This document shows, in pieces, positions 39,465 through 49,993 of a DNA stretch of 64,000 nucleotides. The stretch is from an uncultured virus (IMG/VR IMGVR_UViG_3300005573_001064) (lineage: Duplodnaviria; Heunggongvirae; Uroviricota; Caudoviricetes). The stretch lies in IMG/VR virus record IMGVR_UViG_3300005573_001064; one strand, given 5' to 3'. The notes below the pieces were generated by a model. The model saw only the letters and a program-made list of their open reading frames with translations. It made no database searches and had not been told where the DNA came from. The position numbers and the translations under genes are program-made. Each line of letters opens with the position of its first letter. The first letter of the stretch is position 1.

Positions 39465-40316
39465 CTATTCCCAAATCGGCTTCCGCTTTATCTTTTCTGG
39501 TGCTTTAATCTTACGAGGAATCTTCATCGTCAAGGTCGGTCTGAATTTTGCAACAACCAATTTAACCAACACTGTAAATCTTTTTCTCAGCGAATCAATA
39601 TAGGCAGTAACTATTCCACCGTGCGATATCACACCTCTCCTGAATACGATGGTAACCATGCCAATCTGGTCGGTCTTTACCAAATATTTCGCCAATCTGT
39701 AAAGACGGAACAAAGTTGATGGCTCATCGCTGGTAATCTCATAGACATCACTGATAAGATATTGTTCCTCAGAATCCTTCGGGAAATAGGCTTCAATCTT
39801 AACAATTTTATTTACTCCCAGATTTGTTTCTTCAAGGGATACTTTGCGTTCTTTCCCCGTATCAGGGTCTACTTGATAATATACAATATTTTCTGGGCGA
39901 ACTAATTTTCCTTTTTCAGTTGCGTATGCCCACGTCCATTTAACGGGCTCATATGTCTCAGGGTCAACTGCAATTCTATGAACACGATTACCTGTAATCC
40001 TTGAGCGTGGAATAATCTCAAGGATATTCTTTGGGGTTATCTTCTGTAAACGCCCTCCAATAATAGTCCCCTTTTTATATTGAAGATTGATTATTCTGCT
40101 TCGTTGATTATCACGGATTCTAGACTGATGTTCAATCCAATCATTAATCATGGATGCTGCATCTTCCCTATTGAAACCTTTTCCTTTCAATATAACTTCA
40201 GCAAATGCCTTGAACTTATCTAAAGGAGTTCGTCGACCTTTATATTTCCGGTAAAAATCCTCCCAAATCAGTTCAACCAATTCGTAACGCTCCCCATTGT
40301 ACAGCATTTTACTCAC
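39465..40316 (-). CDS. Ku-like DNA end-binding protein
   Basis: G..V..ENIVYY...VSLEE...KIVKIEAYFP......YEI......LYRLAKYLVKTDQIGM pattern parallels prokaryotic Ku; adjacent to a LigD-like gene. Confidence 0.6.
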   Translation of the reverse strand: MSKMLYNGERYELVELIWEDFYRKYKGRRTPLDKFKAFAEVILKGKGFNREDAASMINDWIEHQSRIRDNQRSRIINLQYKKGTIIGGRLQKITPKNILEIIPRSRITGNRVHRIAVDPETYEPVKWTWAYATEKGKLVRPENIVYYQVDPDTGKERKVSLEETNLGVNKIVKIEAYFPKDSEEQYLISDVYEITSDEPSTLFRLYRLAKYLVKTDQIGMVTIVFRRGVISHGGIVTAYIDSLRKRFTVLVKLVVAKFRPTLTMKIPRKIKAPEKIKRKPIWE

Positions 40317-40413
40317 TTCCTAGGGTGCATTCCCCCAAACCGCTATCAGGAATCTTTACAGATTATAATCCCTTGAGTATAATATCAACGAGCGACCTCT
40401 CTTTTTTCGCTAT

Positions 40414-43400
40414 CTATTTTACAGATTTGGGAGTAAATATCCTACCCCTGAGCCATTGTCGCCACCTGCGAGTAAGGAGGCGATATAAGTAAGGGTCAGA
40501 TGTAACTTTCCTCACTGTTTCGCTCCCTGCTCTAACGGGGAGTGGTTGTCTCTTCTTTGATTCACAGAGGTCCACGTACTCGATGAGGGCCTCAAAGGGG
40601 TCTGTAGCTCCCGACCAGTCCTTCCATCGTGGGTCAAGAACTACATAACCCCCACACTTAACCGTCATGGTCGCAATCTTATCTTTCTTACTCAGTGGAT
40701 TTGCCAAAGGCATCGGTGGTGTTGGAAATCTCAAAGAATTTCGTATATCAGAAGGCAATGCCTTCCATGATTTGTTCGCCAGTGCTCGAAGTTGTGCATC
40801 TGAATACCTGCTTGAATATGGAATTGTTCTGAGCACTTGAAGCCTTCGCATCGCCTCCATCCCATTCCACAGCCATTCTCGGAGTTCAATACCGTTACTC
40901 CTGAGCCTTCCACTACGAATGTAATACTGAATCTTCGAGTGAATACCGGAGGTAATAGGTATGTCCTCCCAGCTCTTTCCGGCATAAACCATCCTATCAA
41001 TGATGTTCACTCCAGCCCGTTTCATGAGCTCTTTTCTTTCGTTCTTGGTCAGGTAGTTCCAGGCATCAGCATCCATGAAGCCCGCCAGGGTGGCAGTCCC
41101 AATGCGTAGTTCCTCCTCTGGGGTGATGCCGTTGCTCTTCACTCCCCCTCTGGGCCAAGCATGACCTTTTGCCCTTCTTCCCTCCGCAGGCATAGGATAA
41201 CCAAACACCGACACAGTAGAGTAGGGTTGGCGTGGAGTATGCAACCCATAGGTCTTCCTGAAAGACTTTTCAAACGTGCAGGCAAACAACTCGTGCTTTC
41301 TTTGGTCCGCCAATGGGAACCACCTGAACGCTTGTGCATGACCAATCTCATGTGGCAGAATCGAATACAATAAAACCTTTTTCATATCATCTGCGGTCAG
41401 CCAATCATTCTTACCATACTGATAGAACGTCCCACCCCTCAGCTTTTTCATCGGGACTGAGAATATTTTAATCACCTTCTTACTCCTGACGTATTGCCCC
41501 AACGTGCCTCTTTGATAGCGTCCTGGTGAAGTAAATATAATATCGGGAATCCAATGCTCGGGTCGAAACAGTTTCAAAACATCCCTAACTTCTTGCTCTG
41601 TCACTGGATAGCCATGCGTAGCGTACCTGGGTGTCTCGAACTTTATCGTAGTAGGATTTAGAATTCTACTCACTTTTTCCATTCCTTTTTCCATCGTTTC
41701 ATACATTTTCAGCGCTCGCTCTCGCCCTTTACTGGGTGGTTGTTTTTGGGCTAGGGCTTTTCCTGCTTTAATAGCTGCTTCAGTCTGACCTATGATAGTG
41801 ATTGGAAGACCAGTCTGTTTCTCAATGCCCCTTGCTGCTTTAACAATTTCTAAAACTTGATTCTTGACGAATTCAGGATTCTTTTTTAATTGGGGCAACA
41901 GCTTTGTGGCCATCGCCATATACTTATCCTTCTCTTCTTTAGGAATCTTCGCCCATTCTTCTGCAGCCACACCAGCAAGTTGCTTTGCCAGCGGAATAAC
42001 AGACCCAAATTGATTTTCTCTCATGCCTGTTAGTTTATACCACAAATTGTCGAAGCGTTTAAGACGGGCCAGTTCCTGCCTGCTGAGTGGTTTAAGATAG
42101 TAACGAACCCTTGCATTTTCAACAAGAGGTTCAACTGTATATTTCTCTTTAAATTCTGTCCATGCTTTCCGCATGGCATAAGCAGGTGAATACCTTTTGC
42201 TATATTTCTTGTACAATGAGATAAACTGTGGTGTCATTCTTATTCGAGCCTTCAGACGATTCTCAGGTGTATCCTCTAATAGTTCAGCTTGAACCCGTGT
42301 GCCCACTTTGCACCGACCAGCACGGAACTTCCCCTTTGGGCATCCTACAATCAATCGTGTAACTACTTTCCTGCCCTTCATTATCTTTTTAACTCGGAAA
42401 GAATCCCTATCAAAATTTTTGACAGGTTCAATGTCGGCCCAAATGTATCGCCCACGCTTGGTCGTATAATATCTCAGTCTCCTCGGAATTTCTTGCCCCG
42501 ACGGATTTTCCATATTTATCGCCCCATTTATCTGTGTCCTATAACCTTTATATCCTGCCCAAAGAATAAAATCACTTTGAATATCTGTCGGAAGTTCTTC
42601 CCATTTCATTTCTCTATGCTTAAATTTCAATTCAGTTGATGGAGTAACCATGACTTTTTCGGGATAAGCCGATTTCAGCATCTCATCAACATAGATGCCT
42701 CCATATTTGTCCCAGATTTTTGATATATCCTCCATCTTATTTTCTTTAGCATCAAATTTATTTGCAAAGAAGAAAACTGTATTAATCATAGGTTTAACAA
42801 TATTTCTATCTTTACTAGCATAAATAAAAGCAATCTTCGGCTTTCCAGGTCCCTTGGCTATACCTAATGTTTTTCTCAGATGAGCGACATTACCATAGAT
42901 AGGAATTTTTCCAACAATATCTGCAGTAATATTATCCATCATTCGTTCACGGTCATAGGGATTCATCTTCTTCAGACAAATATTAAACTCTTCCTCTGAT
43001 TTAATCAGTTCACTCATCGGGTTTGAAACAACACCTTTTTCTGCCAGATGTTTAATAATTTTATAATGCTTCAGTTCATCTTTGGCCATCTGTTCAAACA
43101 ATTTAGATTCAATTGGAAACTGCCGACGAATAGCATCCGCAACTTCAAGATATTCTTCTGACGCTTCTAATTCCCCCTTCATCAAGGATTTAGCATCATC
43201 AGGGTTGGATTCTGATGGCTCATCAGGGTTGGATTCTGATGGCACCTGAAGATTATCCTTATGTACTCGGAAAACTTTCCCATCATCTGTCTTAACCCTA
43301 AAATAATTATTGCTATCTGGCCCCATCATAATTGTACCCTCACGCAATTTACCAGCTGTACAAAAAACTACACGAACTCCAGGTCTGAATTGGGGAAGTT

Positions 43401-43710
43401 CTATGTTTTCCAAAACTTCTGGGTTCTCGTATAAATATTCCACAAACAGACCAATCATTGCGGGACTAAATTCTGGATATATGTCTTTCAATCGTTTGCC
43501 TACAGCACGCTTTGAAACTTCTTCCTTGAAAGTCCTAAAATCATCAACAATTTCTGAAAATCTATTTTTAAAAAAACGTTTAAAAAATTCTATACTGGTA
43601 GGTTTGGGGTTATCCTGTGGAACACATTTAAGATGGGCAGTTGCAGAACCTACCTTAACTTTTAGCAAATTTGTAACAGCTCTCCCACAATATACACAGT
43701 ATATTGGCAT
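40414..43710 (-). CDS. Mosaic polyprotein: Zn finger, SH3/KOW-like, ferritin-like, zincin metallopeptidase and small repeat modules
   Basis: CVYC...H..C; FRPGVRV...FRVKTDDG; GELEASEEY...DELKH; ILPHEIGH; WNxL..ER...KSW..[IL]P repeats. Confidence 0.75.
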   Translation of the reverse strand: MPIYCVYCGRAVTNLLKVKVGSATAHLKCVPQDNPKPTSIEFFKRFFKNRFSEIVDDFRTFKEEVSKRAVGKRLKDIYPEFSPAMIGLFVEYLYENPEVLENIELPQFRPGVRVVFCTAGKLREGTIMMGPDSNNYFRVKTDDGKVFRVHKDNLQVPSESNPDEPSESNPDDAKSLMKGELEASEEYLEVADAIRRQFPIESKLFEQMAKDELKHYKIIKHLAEKGVVSNPMSELIKSEEEFNICLKKMNPYDRERMMDNITADIVGKIPIYGNVAHLRKTLGIAKGPGKPKIAFIYASKDRNIVKPMINTVFFFANKFDAKENKMEDISKIWDKYGGIYVDEMLKSAYPEKVMVTPSTELKFKHREMKWEELPTDIQSDFILWAGYKGYRTQINGAINMENPSGQEIPRRLRYYTTKRGRYIWADIEPVKNFDRDSFRVKKIMKGRKVVTRLIVGCPKGKFRAGRCKVGTRVQAELLEDTPENRLKARIRMTPQFISLYKKYSKRYSPAYAMRKAWTEFKEKYTVEPLVENARVRYYLKPLSRQELARLKRFDNLWYKLTGMRENQFGSVIPLAKQLAGVAAEEWAKIPKEEKDKYMAMATKLLPQLKKNPEFVKNQVLEIVKAARGIEKQTGLPITIIGQTEAAIKAGKALAQKQPPSKGRERALKMYETMEKGMEKVSRILNPTTIKFETPRYATHGYPVTEQEVRDVLKLFRPEHWIPDIIFTSPGRYQRGTLGQYVRSKKVIKIFSVPMKKLRGGTFYQYGKNDWLTADDMKKVLLYSILPHEIGHAQAFRWFPLADQRKHELFACTFEKSFRKTYGLHTPRQPYSTVSVFGYPMPAEGRRAKGHAWPRGGVKSNGITPEEELRIGTATLAGFMDADAWNYLTKNERKELMKRAGVNIIDRMVYAGKSWEDIPITSGIHSKIQYYIRSGRLRSNGIELREWLWNGMEAMRRLQVLRTIPYSSRYSDAQLRALANKSWKALPSDIRNSLRFPTPPMPLANPLSKKDKIATMTVKCGGYVVLDPRWKDWSGATDPFEALIEYVDLCESKKRQPLPVRAGSETVRKVTSDPYLYRLLTRRWRQWLRGRIFTPKSVK

Positions 43711-43777
43711 TTTTCCTATACCTCCCTGTTCCGCAACTTTATCAGATAGGATGTTTCCCGAAGGAATTCTGAAGGTT

Positions 43778-44983
43778 TCATATGCTTAACCTCCATGGGG
43801 CCATCCCCAGCCCCTCTATCCCCTTGGCGAAAGCCTTGGGGAATACTTTTCTGATTATGTTGTATGCTGCATTCAGGTCTGCATTGATTGTTCGCCCGTC
43901 TGAAGCCCTAAAGAGTCCCCGTTCGATGCGCTGGCCTAAATACTTTTTATGGTGCTTAATAGGCTCAAGGTCCAGAAAACTGCACTTACTTGTATAGTCC
44001 TCCTCAGTATCTATTGTCGCTATTCCGTGCTCCTCCGCCTTATACCGAATCTGGTTGCGAAGTATATCAAATGGTATAAACACGAAGCTCTGGTTGTTGC
44101 GCTTACCAAGATTGGCTTCCTGCTTCCATCCCTTATTACAGCCCATTACAATGGTATCTATGTGCCTCTTCACACACCAGTTTATGAAGGCTCGGCTAGT
44201 CTTGTGGAAGAAATCCTTTAACTTACGCTTTCTCTTGAGACTGAGTTTCTTCTGATAATAACTTGCCTTGATGCCTTGAAGGTCGTATACGCTCTTCAGT
44301 CGGGCCAGCTCCTTATTGTAATATTGGTTCCAGCTCTTCACAACCCCGCCCTTGACCACAATCGGCTTTTTACCGATGTTGGTCCCGACAGTTACGAGAT
44401 TGTTCACCCCGAAGTCAATGCCTGCGATTCGCTTCGGCTTCTTCGGAGGCTCTGGAACCTCTTTTTCATAGATGATTTCGAGCTGATATCCTATGCCCTG
44501 TGGCACTATTCTGGCTCCTCCTAATTTTACTCCTTCTGATAACCTTGTTTTCACCCCCTTCAATCTAATCTTCTGAGGCAGTTTAACCTTATTGTTTTTC
44601 AATCTGACCTGAATATTGCTGAATATTAGTGGAAACTCACCATCTTTCTCCTTGTACCCTGGTAATTTAGGGCGCCCTCTGAACTTTTCAGGATGTTTTT
44701 TCCATTCTTTGATAGACTGGAAAAACGCCTTCCAATTGCTATCTAGTGCCCTTAAGATTTGTTGTGCTGTACCGTATGGAAGTATCTTAAAGTAGTTCGT
44801 TGTTTTTAATTGTTGCCAGAGGTCGTAGTATCTTACCCAAATACCCTTCTTGATGAATTTCTGACGAACAATATAATTAGCATCATTATACAGGTTTTTG
44901 GCGATATGGCATAGGCGTGATAATCTATCACTGGGGCGGATGTAAACACTTTCTACACGCTTTACACGCATTGCTGTCACCAT
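43778..44983 (-). CDS. tnpB: RNA-guided endonuclease TnpB (rearranged RuvC-II type), no adjacent tnpA
   Basis: KNLYN, GIDFG, IVMGCNKGWKQ, TEEDYTSKCS, INADLNAAYNI. Confidence 0.93.
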   Translation of the reverse strand: MVTAMRVKRVESVYIRPSDRLSRLCHIAKNLYNDANYIVRQKFIKKGIWVRYYDLWQQLKTTNYFKILPYGTAQQILRALDSNWKAFFQSIKEWKKHPEKFRGRPKLPGYKEKDGEFPLIFSNIQVRLKNNKVKLPQKIRLKGVKTRLSEGVKLGGARIVPQGIGYQLEIIYEKEVPEPPKKPKRIAGIDFGVNNLVTVGTNIGKKPIVVKGGVVKSWNQYYNKELARLKSVYDLQGIKASYYQKKLSLKRKRKLKDFFHKTSRAFINWCVKRHIDTIVMGCNKGWKQEANLGKRNNQSFVFIPFDILRNQIRYKAEEHGIATIDTEEDYTSKCSFLDLEPIKHHKKYLGQRIERGLFRASDGRTINADLNAAYNIIRKVFPKAFAKGIEGLGMAPWRLSI

Positions 44984-45166
44984 ATTACCACAGGGTACGG
45001 ATAGGTACGACTTTGCACAAGTTCACACGCACACCTCTGATATGACTATTGGCATATTCACGATTATCCAGTCTTGTCCCAATTTTCTCACCTCACCTAT
45101 TCTCCTCCCACAAAAGGGGTGAATCATAATTGGTGCAATTCATACCCTAATAGGTTTTCCCAATAT

Positions 45167-45988
45167 TTAAATCTTTCGGCCAAACCTACAGATATAGCAT
45201 CCAACCCAAAAAGGATAATCTTCAGTATCGTCATCCAAGAAAATCGGCATAAATTCAGATGGGATAGGAATTCTACATTTATTGCATTCGGTTGTCAGAT
45301 AAGGTTTCCGCTCAATGTTCAATCGGGCTAAAAGTTTGATTGGAACCTTCCAAACTGGAATTTTTTTAGGATAGACAATATCGCCTGTAAGAATTATATT
45401 ATCATGTGGAATCTTTGTGATTATCCGCTTTCTCTGACGTTTCTTTCCCCCAATTTCCCTAATTAAATGCCCTTGACTGGTATCGCCAAAACTAACAGCC
45501 GTTATATCAAATGGCCTATCAACGCCTCGCAACGATTTGGGTACATCACAACAGTTAAGAATATAATGCCATAGAGCGACTCTTACCCCCCTCCAACCTG
45601 TTAGTGCCTCCAAACCATCAATGCTGAAGAATATCGAAAAGTGGATTCCTTTGCCCCCTGAATGATACATAAGATGTGGAATATTTTTCTCATTCAGAAA
45701 TTTTTGAATCCGTTTACCCCAGAATCTTTGATTTGCCCATTTCTCAAAGTCCATCTCAATCATAATTTCATTCTGAAGGACGGTTCGGTAATCCACCAAA
45801 CCGTATTTAAAAAAAGGGTACCACAGAAGTTTTACCCATTTACCAGGAGTTACATCTTTGGGGCCACGATTCCGTGCTACCCAGATATCGCCAGGGGAGA
45901 AATGTTGCAATCTCAAAAGCCATTTCTGTTGGTAATACAATTCACCGCACCGTTCCCCTAAAATGGCTTGAGTGATGTCTAAATCCAT
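45167..45988 (-). CDS. Archaeo-eukaryotic primase (AEP) family primase/polymerase
   Basis: IEMD, SGGKGIH, FD...HLIR; C-terminal CxxC pairs. Confidence 0.78.
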   Translation of the reverse strand: MDLDITQAILGERCGELYYQQKWLLRLQHFSPGDIWVARNRGPKDVTPGKWVKLLWYPFFKYGLVDYRTVLQNEIMIEMDFEKWANQRFWGKRIQKFLNEKNIPHLMYHSGGKGIHFSIFFSIDGLEALTGWRGVRVALWHYILNCCDVPKSLRGVDRPFDITAVSFGDTSQGHLIREIGGKKRQRKRIITKIPHDNIILTGDIVYPKKIPVWKVPIKLLARLNIERKPYLTTECNKCRIPIPSEFMPIFLDDDTEDYPFWVGCYICRFGRKI

Positions 45989-46044
45989 GGGTTTTTAGAC
46001 AAAAAAGGTATAAACATTCCTCCCCTTTCCTGAAACTAAAAGAA

Positions 46045-46254
46045 TTACCCTTCTTTAGCCAAAATTTCAGCAAAGGCATACTTTTCAAACACTTTGCCGA
46101 CCTTTATGTCGACTGTATCGCCCTTCTTCGCCCCTTTGACAAATATTACAAATCCTGCTTTGGTCTTTACGATTCCATCGCCCTTTGCTCCAATGGCCAC
46201 AACAGACATCTTCCGTATCACATCTCCAGGTTCGGGTATTGCTTTCTCTTCCAT
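46045..46254 (-). CDS. Single-TRAM-domain protein
   Basis: IGAKGDGIVK..GFVIFVKGAKKGDTVDIKVGKVFEKYAFAE. Confidence 0.92.
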   Translation of the reverse strand: MEEKAIPEPGDVIRKMSVVAIGAKGDGIVKTKAGFVIFVKGAKKGDTVDIKVGKVFEKYAFAEILAKEG

Positions 46255-46265
46255 AACTTCACCTC

Positions 46266-49049
46266 CTACAAGAAACTCGCAAGGTCCATCTGAGCCGTTT
46301 TACCGTCTCCGATTAAGGTCCTTATCCGCTTCTTATCAAATTTGAAACAGGAAGATACATAATCCATTATCATGCTCGAATACCATTCATAATCTATCTC
46401 TGATTTATCTTTAATCCAATCTATCGGTGTCATAAATGCTATTGGTTTTACTGTTGGTTTATATACCTTTTTACTTATATCCATCCCAGGAAGAGGCTTT
46501 TTAGTTACAACGAAATCCAGCCTAACCGAGCCTTTTATCTTTCCAATTAATTCTTCAAGTGCCACAGCCCTTTTATAATATATACCAGATGTATCCTTAT
46601 AAGATTCAGGAGAACCTACCGTTTGAATCAATACCAAGTCCTTAATATCAACTTCATCTGAATGAACTTTCGGGATTGCCCTCGATAACAGCCGATGAAT
46701 GGCCGAGGTTACTTTCATTGCTGAAGTTCCCTCATCTTCCCATTGCAAATTTTCTTTAACAGTTTCCAATATAATTTTTTTCAATGTATCTTCTGCTATA
46801 TTTGGCTTATCCTTGGCAGTAAAATTAGCACCTTTCAATTCTACCTTTGCTTTCCCAGTTTTCCTATCTATTTTTATTTTAATGTAATTCTTGTGCATAG
46901 AGATTATCATAGCAGGAGTAATGTCCACTTCAAAAGAAAAATCCTTATAATTCAGTTTTTTTCTCCATCGCCGATTGCATTCTTCAATCACTTTTAGAAC
47001 CTTTTTCTGAGGGGTTATGACAAATCCTTTCTTCTTCGGTCCTGCATCAAACAATTTATCCAAACCATCAGACAGAGATTCCACCAATCCTTTTACCTTA
47101 TATGCTGATTTATAGCACGCAGCATATATTCCATCAGTATCGCCATAAATAGTGCGTATTCTGTTCTTTTGATACATTTTATAAATATCTGATAAAATAT
47201 CTTGTCCTTTAGTAGTTATCAAACTGCCTGACGCTATATTAAATTGCCGACAGGCCCATTTATTTGCTAATACAATTCCATGCGTCCCAGCATTTCGGAG
47301 TGCTTTTAAAGAGTCATACATATGCTGCATTACTTCACTTTCTTTTCTTCGTTTTCTGACTTCTCCAATCATTCTCAATAGACCGCCCATTGGTCTTGCT
47401 ATCAGACCTCTCTCTTTGTCAATTTTGATTCCCACTCTGAAACCCTCTTTTCCGAGGGCTGTTTTAACCTTTTTGACTTTTACATATTCCATACTGGATT
47501 TATCCATTTCCCATAGCATTATCCAATCATCTGGTTTTTCATCAACTCTTGCGAATCTCACCTTATCCGAGCAGGCATTGCTAGATATCAATAGATTAGG
47601 ATACATCCCTGCAACATCAGCCTCAACCACACCATACCATAATACAAACTGGCTCCCTAATTCTTGAGGTTTGATGGGGAGACCGCCAACAGTTAAATGA
47701 TTCACCACCAATCTTGGAAGAGTCACCCAGTTAGGCATTTCGACTCCATATCGGACGACCTTCTTAAGGTCCCCTTTAATTTCTGAACGCCTACAAACTT
47801 TTTCGATTTCTTCCTTGGTCAATTGTACTTTATCAGGAAAGAGCCTAATTAATTCCTGAGCCGTATGTAATGGACTAACTGATGGTTGAAATATCACTCT
47901 CTCTTGATAGGCCCTAATCATCGTCATATAATCCCAAAGTTGAATATTTCCTGAAGTTGTTAGGTATTCAAAGGGATAATTTGAAACAAAAGCCATCGGT
48001 AGACCCTGCTGCAACATAATAATACTCAAGCATATCTGTTCCATTACATCATCACGATTATATTTAAGCGTCTTATTGTCCATTCTGAGTTCATTAGACC
48101 TTAAATATATTCTCCCTTTAATTTTAAAACCCAATACTGGAGCCAATTTCTTCAAGGTGAAGTTTGGAGTATCTAAATATCTGAGGAATTTTTGAGACGC
48201 AGGGTATGTATCGAAACAGGTGGGATAGAAAAATACCGCCCGTTCCTCTTTTGCAAATTGTTGATTGAATTGCCTGTGGTCATAAGTGTACTTTTCTAAA
48301 AATTCCTCGAAATCATCATATATTTCCCCATTAGGAACCAGAGCCTTGTGTTCTACATAATATTTAACTCTATCAAACACTTCTGGATTATCATATTCAT
48401 AAATATTATGCCCTGATATAATATGAGAACCCATCACAAGTTTAATGAACTTATGCAAATTGATTACTTCTTCAGTTTTCGACTTCGCTATAAGTTGATT
48501 TATTCGTAAGAGACCTTTGTTATATCTGCTCAATAATTTATTTGCATCAGGGATTTCCTCAATCTCAAAAGAAAACTCCTCATTCTTCAGATTTTTATGT
48601 GATTTTATTTTGACCTCAAACTGATAATATCCTATGATTGAAATTATTTCTGAAAATTTCTCAATATCGTAAACCAACACCTTCAGAGTTTTTGTATGCC
48701 CTTTTGTATCGTAAATCCATAAATCCTTGTCTACAGCTAAATCACATAGAACCCGAAGGACATATTTAATATCAAATTCAAAGACATTCAGCCCTTCCTC
48801 AAATAATTTCTGTGCAACTTCTGGAGTGGAAGCAGGATGGTCAAGCCACACCTTAAATATTTTCCTTTTCTTTCCTGAATCACACCACGATTTATATTGC
48901 ATTTCTTCACTCACTTTTTTTATTCGCTCACCAGTTCTAACCATTCGTCGGTCGCCCATGCAAAGAAGATAGGGCTGATGGAAATCGGATATTTTAGAAG
49001 GTTCCGACGAATCATAAAACAAATATTTGTTCGACAGATTAATCAACAT
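46266..49049 (-). CDS. polB: Family B DNA polymerase with 3'-5' exonuclease
   Basis: YDIE, HNIYEYD, YNRDD; DVAGMYP, KALRNAGTHG, YGDTDG. Confidence 0.92.
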   Translation of the reverse strand: MLINLSNKYLFYDSSEPSKISDFHQPYLLCMGDRRMVRTGERIKKVSEEMQYKSWCDSGKKRKIFKVWLDHPASTPEVAQKLFEEGLNVFEFDIKYVLRVLCDLAVDKDLWIYDTKGHTKTLKVLVYDIEKFSEIISIIGYYQFEVKIKSHKNLKNEEFSFEIEEIPDANKLLSRYNKGLLRINQLIAKSKTEEVINLHKFIKLVMGSHIISGHNIYEYDNPEVFDRVKYYVEHKALVPNGEIYDDFEEFLEKYTYDHRQFNQQFAKEERAVFFYPTCFDTYPASQKFLRYLDTPNFTLKKLAPVLGFKIKGRIYLRSNELRMDNKTLKYNRDDVMEQICLSIIMLQQGLPMAFVSNYPFEYLTTSGNIQLWDYMTMIRAYQERVIFQPSVSPLHTAQELIRLFPDKVQLTKEEIEKVCRRSEIKGDLKKVVRYGVEMPNWVTLPRLVVNHLTVGGLPIKPQELGSQFVLWYGVVEADVAGMYPNLLISSNACSDKVRFARVDEKPDDWIMLWEMDKSSMEYVKVKKVKTALGKEGFRVGIKIDKERGLIARPMGGLLRMIGEVRKRRKESEVMQHMYDSLKALRNAGTHGIVLANKWACRQFNIASGSLITTKGQDILSDIYKMYQKNRIRTIYGDTDGIYAACYKSAYKVKGLVESLSDGLDKLFDAGPKKKGFVITPQKKVLKVIEECNRRWRKKLNYKDFSFEVDITPAMIISMHKNYIKIKIDRKTGKAKVELKGANFTAKDKPNIAEDTLKKIILETVKENLQWEDEGTSAMKVTSAIHRLLSRAIPKVHSDEVDIKDLVLIQTVGSPESYKDTSGIYYKRAVALEELIGKIKGSVRLDFVVTKKPLPGMDISKKVYKPTVKPIAFMTPIDWIKDKSEIDYEWYSSMIMDYVSSCFKFDKKRIRTLIGDGKTAQMDLASFL

Positions 49050-49065
49050 GTTTTCCCTCCCCTGG

Positions 49066-49722
49066 CTATGCCCTGAATTTTCCGTGAAGCAATTCTGACG
49101 CCTTTTTTTGGATAACTGGCCCTATTCCATCTACATCATTACACCAGGATGCATGATTTTTGATAACATTCATTACACTTCCATATGTCTTCAGCAATCG
49201 TCTTGATTTAACTTCATCTATACCTGAAAAGCCACAAATAAAATTTATTTTATCATTCTTTTTACCACGAACCCCCGAAGGGCGATTAAATCCTGGTTCA
49301 AGTTTTTTCTTATATATTTTTTCTGCATAATAAAGAATTACTGATAATGTAGAATTTTCATTCCCCATCTTCTGGTAAGTCCTAATCACCCAAATATCTT
49401 TATTCATTGTACGCAACATTTTCTCAATTACAGTTTGTGTCTTCAGGTCTACCTTATTATCGCATTCGGATATTAGGCAAGGAATACAGTTATTTTTCTT
49501 GCTCCATTCAATTAATCTAGCAATCTGGTCAAACAATTGTTTCGTATTTCTATCCTGAATAAATTGATAATCGGGTTTACGCTCGACCATCCACCACTTA
49601 TATCTATAATCCCCTACAGGTAATTTCGTCAATTTAATCGGCACATGCTTTTCTAATTCTTCAGGGATGCCCGACCTTTGCTCTTGAAGGTCACAGAAAA
49701 TTTTTCCTCGGTTTGACAACAC
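49066..49722 (-). CDS. ERCC4/XPF-like nuclease with HhH
   Basis: DLQE, LPVGDY, VERK, LFDQ; HhH VDGIGP. Confidence 0.88.
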   Translation of the reverse strand: MLSNRGKIFCDLQEQRSGIPEELEKHVPIKLTKLPVGDYRYKWWMVERKPDYQFIQDRNTKQLFDQIARLIEWSKKNNCIPCLISECDNKVDLKTQTVIEKMLRTMNKDIWVIRTYQKMGNENSTLSVILYYAEKIYKKKLEPGFNRPSGVRGKKNDKINFICGFSGIDEVKSRRLLKTYGSVMNVIKNHASWCNDVDGIGPVIQKKASELLHGKFRA

Positions 49723-49990
49723 TGCGTATCACCCCTCCACTTTTTTCAAACTGCTTCTTGTATTCCTCAACCAACTCCAGGTCATATGCAAAAAAACTGC
49801 AATCGCCACAAACTATTCCTGAAGTCAATATAGTATGTTTCCAGAATATTCTGATAGGTTGAAAAAATAACAGATTACCGCAATGCGGACACGGCATATC
49901 TGTTAGATGACTAACAAATTTCTCCTGCTCCTCGTATTCCTCCTCGCCCATTTCTACGAGGTCTTCAGGAATGTTCTTCTTCTTAAACAT
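49691..49990 (-). CDS. Zn-ribbon protein
   Basis: CPHC...CGDC. Confidence 0.55.
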   Translation of the reverse strand: MFKKKNIPEDLVEMGEEEYEEQEKFVSHLTDMPCPHCGNLLFFQPIRIFWKHTILTSGIVCGDCSFFAYDLELVEEYKKQFEKSGGVIRSVVKPRKNFL

Positions 49991-49993
49991 TAG

